Below are positions 60,276-64,000 of a DNA stretch of 64,000 bases, in pieces. Numbering within the stretch: the stretch's first letter is position 1; every line of letters starts with the position of its first letter. The notes under the pieces were generated by a model that searched no databases, was not told the origin of the DNA, and was given only the letters and a program-made list of their open reading frames with translations. This DNA comes from Halobacteriovoraceae bacterium (GTDB taxonomy: Bacteria; Bdellovibrionota; Bacteriovoracia; Bacteriovoracales; Bacteriovoracaceae): positions 32,001 through 96,000 of the forward strand of contig CAVRCF010000003.1 of the NCBI GenBank assembly GCA_963719505.1. The letters run 5' to 3'. A program made the translations under genes and the position numbers.

Positions 60276-60312
60276 AAAAAAAGCCAAAGCTTAGGGGGAA
60301 GCTTCGGCTTTT
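60274..60312. terminator. Terminator between convergent genes
   Basis: A run, AAGCCAAAGCTT-aggggg-AAGCTTCGGCTT, T run. Confidence 0.75.
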
Positions 60313-60345
60313 CTTTGGTTATTTAATCTCAAAATTTTTATGAGA

Positions 60346-60687
60346 TTAGATATTTTTACAAGTTAATGGGTATGTCATTTTATGCCCTTTTGGGTTAGTG
60401 ATCGCTAGAAAGTCCTCACTTTGTGAAAAGGCATTTTGGTTCTCTATATTAATTGTGTGTTTATTTCCGTCTATATACATTGTCTTTCTAAAACCCTTTG
60501 ATGTCTTTGAAGACATAACTCCAAGAGTTGAAGAGATACTTCTTCCACCTTCACTTTTTTTGTAAAAAGCGACTGATGATTTTTCAATGGTAAATGCCTT
60601 CTCTCCAAAAGCTGTTTCACACTCAACTGAAGAAAATGCTTGGCCTGCGATAGTCATAAAAAAGATTGCTGTTAGTAATGATTTCAT
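60346..60687 (-). CDS. Small secreted hypothetical protein
   Basis: Signal peptide, two terminal Cys, AGGGGGA RBS. Confidence 0.75.
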   Translation of the reverse strand: MKSLLTAIFFMTIAGQAFSSVECETAFGEKAFTIEKSSVAFYKKSEGGRSISSTLGVMSSKTSKGFRKTMYIDGNKHTINIENQNAFSQSEDFLAITNPKGHKMTYPLTCKNI

Positions 60688-60720
60688 GTAATCCCCCTTG
60701 TTTGGTTACACTTATATATA

Positions 60721-60736
60721 TACAAGCTAGGTGCCA
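60721..60736 (-). promoter_or_regulatory. sigma54-like promoter
   Basis: Minus strand TGGCAC-CTAGC-TTGTA. Confidence 0.55.
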
Positions 60737-60828
60737 AAAAAAATCTCGTCTTTTTAAGGGGTTACAAGTCAATAAGTGTGTAAAAATTCTGGAGGGTGTC
60801 TAAATTTTAGTCGATTTTTATAACAGAA

Positions 60829-61425
60829 TCAGTCTACAACATTAACAGAGGCTTTAGTGATAGCGTCTTCTGACCATGCTGGAGCATCTTCAAGAACCTG
60901 GAGGATATCGTCAAGACTTTCACAAACGGAGTACATTTGCCTATGAAGCGGACGGTGAAATTTTTCTTTTTCCATATTATCTAAAAGGGTAAGGAGGGGA
61001 TCGTAATATCCCTCAAAATTCATAATAATAAGGGGCCCAGTATGAAGGCCAAGTCTTTTTGAGGTTAACCACACAAAGAACTCCTCAAGAGTTCCAGAGC
61101 CACCAGGTAAGAAAATTGTCGCATTGGCCTTTGTCATCATTAGATGCTTTCTCTCATCCATAGAACCTGTAATTTGGAGGTTTGTAAGACTTGGGTGTTG
61201 CCATTCAACTTCGATCATAAATTGGGGGATATAACCATGGACAACTCCACCGTGAGCTAAAGCGCCGTCGGCCACTTGTCTCATCAGGCCTTTTGCTCCA
61301 CCGCCGTAAATAACTTCGTGATTATTTTTGGCCAAAATTTCACCTAAAGAGTGGGCCATTTCTAGAAATTTTTTATCGCAGGCATCACTAGAGCCGCACA
61401 TCACACCAATAGTTTTATATTTCAT
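60829..61425 (-). CDS. LOG-family (TIGR00730) nucleotide phosphoribohydrolase
   Basis: YGGG..GLM, MDERK, LPGGSGTLEE. Confidence 0.92.
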   Translation of the reverse strand: MKYKTIGVMCGSSDACDKKFLEMAHSLGEILAKNNHEVIYGGGAKGLMRQVADGALAHGGVVHGYIPQFMIEVEWQHPSLTNLQITGSMDERKHLMMTKANATIFLPGGSGTLEEFFVWLTSKRLGLHTGPLIIMNFEGYYDPLLTLLDNMEKEKFHRPLHRQMYSVCESLDDILQVLEDAPAWSEDAITKASVNVVD

Positions 61426-61550
61426 ACTTACCTTTTTCACTCAAGCTTTGACCGCGTCGTCATGCAGTATTCTCATATTAAGTTATAATAATGCGGTTGA
61501 GAAATAAAGCAACTATAGATTGAGCTATAGCTTATTTCAAAGGAGCAAAT

Positions 61551-62936
61551 GTGTTAGACAAAACAGTGGCCAACGATGTTATTCAAGCAGCTTTAGAGTG
61601 CGGTGCAAGTTTTTGCGATATCTTCGTTGAGAGAACGACAAATCAATCAATTAGTTTTAGAAGCTCCGAGGTGAAAGATATCAAGTCTGGAATTGATTTT
61701 GGAATTGGTGTTCGATTAATTTTTGGAACTCAAGCTCTTTACGCTTATACAAACTCTAAGAAAAAAGATGATCTTATCGGTATGACAAGAAACCTTGCGG
61801 CTTATTATAAAAGAGATCAAACGGTAAATCCTGGGACATTGAATTTTTCAAAACCTGTCGACTATAAGACAGTGGAGTCTATTGGAGATACAGATGTTTC
61901 CTTGGAGCACAAACTAGAAGTCTTAAAAAAACTAGATCTTTTAACCAGAAAAGAGAGTGATAAAATTTCACAGGTAAACTTAGGACTTTGGCAGTTTAAG
62001 CAAAATATTGAAGTCTTTGATTCAGAAGGTTTATACGCTACAGAAGAAAGACCTTATATACGGTTAAGCTCAACGGCCATCTCAAGTGATGGAACAAATC
62101 AATCCACGGGAAGTGATAATCCAGGCGCTAGAGGTGGTTGGGACTATATTGAAAGTGTGAATCTGGAAAGACTTGCAAAAGATATTACAAAACAATCGTT
62201 AACAGTATTAGATGCTGATCCATGTCCTGCTGGAAATATGCCCGTTGTTATAGACAATGGCTTTGGCGGAGTTATTTTTCATGAGGCTTGTGGCCACCTA
62301 TTGGAAACAACAAGTGTTGAGAAAAAAGCAAGTGTGATGTGGGATAAAAAAGGTGAGATGGTTGCTCACGAGGCCTTAAGTGCCGTTGACGATGGAACTA
62401 TTGCTGGTGAGTGGGGTTCTCTTTCAATTGATGATGAAGGAATGGCTACGCAGAAAACTCAGCTTATAAAAAATGGAAAACTTGAAAACTTTATGTGCGA
62501 TAGATTAGGCCATATGAAAACTGGTCATCCAAGAACAGGATCAGGAAGAAGACAAAATTATAAATACGCTCCAGCAAGTAGAATGAGAAATACATTTATC
62601 GAAGGTGGAAATCATAAGCTTGAAGAGCTCATTGGAAGTCTTGGAGATGGTCTCTACGCTAAAAAAATGGGCGGAGGATCAGTGAACCCTGGAACTGGAG
62701 AATTCAACTTCTCTGTGCGAGAAGGTTACCTTGTCAAAAATGGCAAAATTGATAAAGCGATAAAAGGTGCAACCCTAATTGGTAAAGGGGCAGATGTCCT
62801 AAAGAAGATTAGTATGGTGGGAGACAACTTTGAGTTGTCGGTCGGAATGTGTGGCTCTGTGAGTGGCAGCATCCCTGCAAATGTAGGGCAGGCGGCTATT
62901 AAAGTTGATGAGATCCTAGTAGGAGGTCAAGCGTGA
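61551..62936 (+). CDS. tldD: TldD metalloprotease
   Basis: FHEACGHLLE, IDDEG, RMRNT, CGSVSG. Confidence 0.92.
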   Translation: MLDKTVANDVIQAALECGASFCDIFVERTTNQSISFRSSEVKDIKSGIDFGIGVRLIFGTQALYAYTNSKKKDDLIGMTRNLAAYYKRDQTVNPGTLNFSKPVDYKTVESIGDTDVSLEHKLEVLKKLDLLTRKESDKISQVNLGLWQFKQNIEVFDSEGLYATEERPYIRLSSTAISSDGTNQSTGSDNPGARGGWDYIESVNLERLAKDITKQSLTVLDADPCPAGNMPVVIDNGFGGVIFHEACGHLLETTSVEKKASVMWDKKGEMVAHEALSAVDDGTIAGEWGSLSIDDEGMATQKTQLIKNGKLENFMCDRLGHMKTGHPRTGSGRRQNYKYAPASRMRNTFIEGGNHKLEELIGSLGDGLYAKKMGGGSVNPGTGEFNFSVREGYLVKNGKIDKAIKGATLIGKGADVLKKISMVGDNFELSVGMCGSVSGSIPANVGQAAIKVDEILVGGQA

Positions 62937-64000
62937 ACAATGAACTAAAACAAAACCTTGAAAAGATAATTGAATTTGCAAAGAAAAACGGTGCTGATAG
63001 TGCGGATGCTATTCTCAACACGGGAACATCATTCTCAGTGAGTGCTCAAGACGGTGAGATCGATAAGTATAAACTCTCAGGATCTTCAGTTATTGGAATC
63101 AGAACTATAAAAGACAATAAAGTTGGGCTGTCCTACACAGAGGCGATGGACAATGAATCTTTAGAGTTTGCAGCAAAAGCAGCTATCGAAAATGCCATAA
63201 ACACTGATGTTGATGAATATCAAAAGATTAGTATAAAGTCAGATGGTGATCTTATTTCTGAAAGTAAATTTAAAAAAGAAGATATTTCAACTCAGGAGAA
63301 AATTGATTTTTGTCTCAAACTTGAAAGCGAAGTTCAAAAAAGAGACAAACGAGTTCAAGCCGTTCCTTACAATGGTTTGAGCGAGGGAGAATCAGCCACT
63401 TACTATTTAAATAGTCTCGGTACTTTCGGATTTGATACTGAGTATTACACCAGCTGTTACACATCAGCTTTAATTCACGAAGGCTCAGACAATTCAATGC
63501 ACTACCACAGCTCCATGGGCCGAAAGCTGGCCGATCTAAATTTAGAAGAGTGTGTTGAAGAGAGTTTACTTCACGCATCAAACTGGTTAGGTGCCCAGCC
63601 GATTAAAACAGGTGCTTACGATATTATTTTTACCGAAGACTCCTTGCAAACAGTTCTAGGAAGCTTTGGAAATATGTTCTCTGCCAAAGCAGCTATTGAA
63701 AAAACAAATCCGTTTGCCGGAAAACTTGGAGATAAGGTTGCCGTGGAGGAGCTATCGATAACCGATATGCCTCGCTATGAAAAAGCTTTCTTTCATTATG
63801 AATTTGATAGTGAAGGAGTCAAACGAGAAGATTTACAATTAATTGAAAATGGAAAACTAAATTCTTTCTACCACAATAGTGCAACAGCCAATTTTTATAA
63901 AACACAAACGACAGGTCATGCCTCAAGAGGACCAAAAAGTGCAATGGGAACTGGGGGGACGACTAAAGTTATCCAGCCTGGTAAAACGAGTGATAGTACG
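62933..64000 (+). CDS. pmbA: PmbA/TldE protein (3' end outside window; missing from the ORF track)
   Basis: GTGA overlap with tldD and AGGAGG RBS; MNNELKQNLEKIIEFAKKNGADSADA..., FDSEG, TGHA. Confidence 0.85.
   Translation, partial: MNNELKQNLEKIIEFAKKNGADSADAILNTGTSFSVSAQDGEIDKYKLSGSSVIGIRTIKDNKVGLSYTEAMDNESLEFAAKAAIENAINTDVDEYQKISIKSDGDLISESKFKKEDISTQEKIDFCLKLESEVQKRDKRVQAVPYNGLSEGESATYYLNSLGTFGFDTEYYTSCYTSALIHEGSDNSMHYHSSMGRKLADLNLEECVEESLLHASNWLGAQPIKTGAYDIIFTEDSLQTVLGSFGNMFSAKAAIEKTNPFAGKLGDKVAVEELSITDMPRYEKAFFHYEFDSEGVKREDLQLIENGKLNSFYHNSATANFYKTQTTGHASRGPKSAMGTGGTTKVIQPGKTSDST

Noticed and set aside
1-64000. CRISPR arrays, tRNA/rRNA, IS or prophage genes, and the many short overlapping ORFs in the track
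   Set aside because: No spaced direct repeats, cloverleafs, transposase or phage motifs were seen by eye; the short ORFs are alternate-frame or antisense shadows of well-supported genes

Overview
AT-rich, gene-dense bacterial chromosome segment. Gene content suggests a predatory Bdellovibrionota (Bacteriovorax/Halobacteriovorax-like); this is inferred from flgE, mreC-mreD-mrdA-rodA without mreB, a Tad-type pilin-like protein, the TIGR03545/03546 pair and many orphan secreted proteins. Most of the window is housekeeping (flgE, ppiD-like, mreCD-mrdA-rodA, ssb, ilvA, gap-pgk-tpiA-secG, tatD, rluD, nrdBA, acs, leuS, tldD-pmbA). I found no rRNA, tRNA, CRISPR array or mobile element. Best candidates for undescribed biology: (1) a four-gene cassette at 3011-7166 (multi-TM protein, cryptic GNAT, Zn-less ThiF/E1 adenylyltransferase, and a divergent bCerS/YghO-like GNAT) driven by back-to-back sigma28-like promoters that both appear leaderless; (2) an unannotated structured small RNA candidate at about 26005-26141 with a sigma54-like promoter, an IHF-like site and its own terminator; (3) a secreted JAB/DUF4329-like effector; (4) an orphan ParB translationally coupled to a dCMP deaminase; (5) an H1-like polycationic protein with an acidic tail. 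The NrdR-regulated class Ia ribonucleotide reductase operon carries four reading-frame lesions. These are most likely assembly errors, since a similar indel appears to truncate the Tad gene, but they should be checked.
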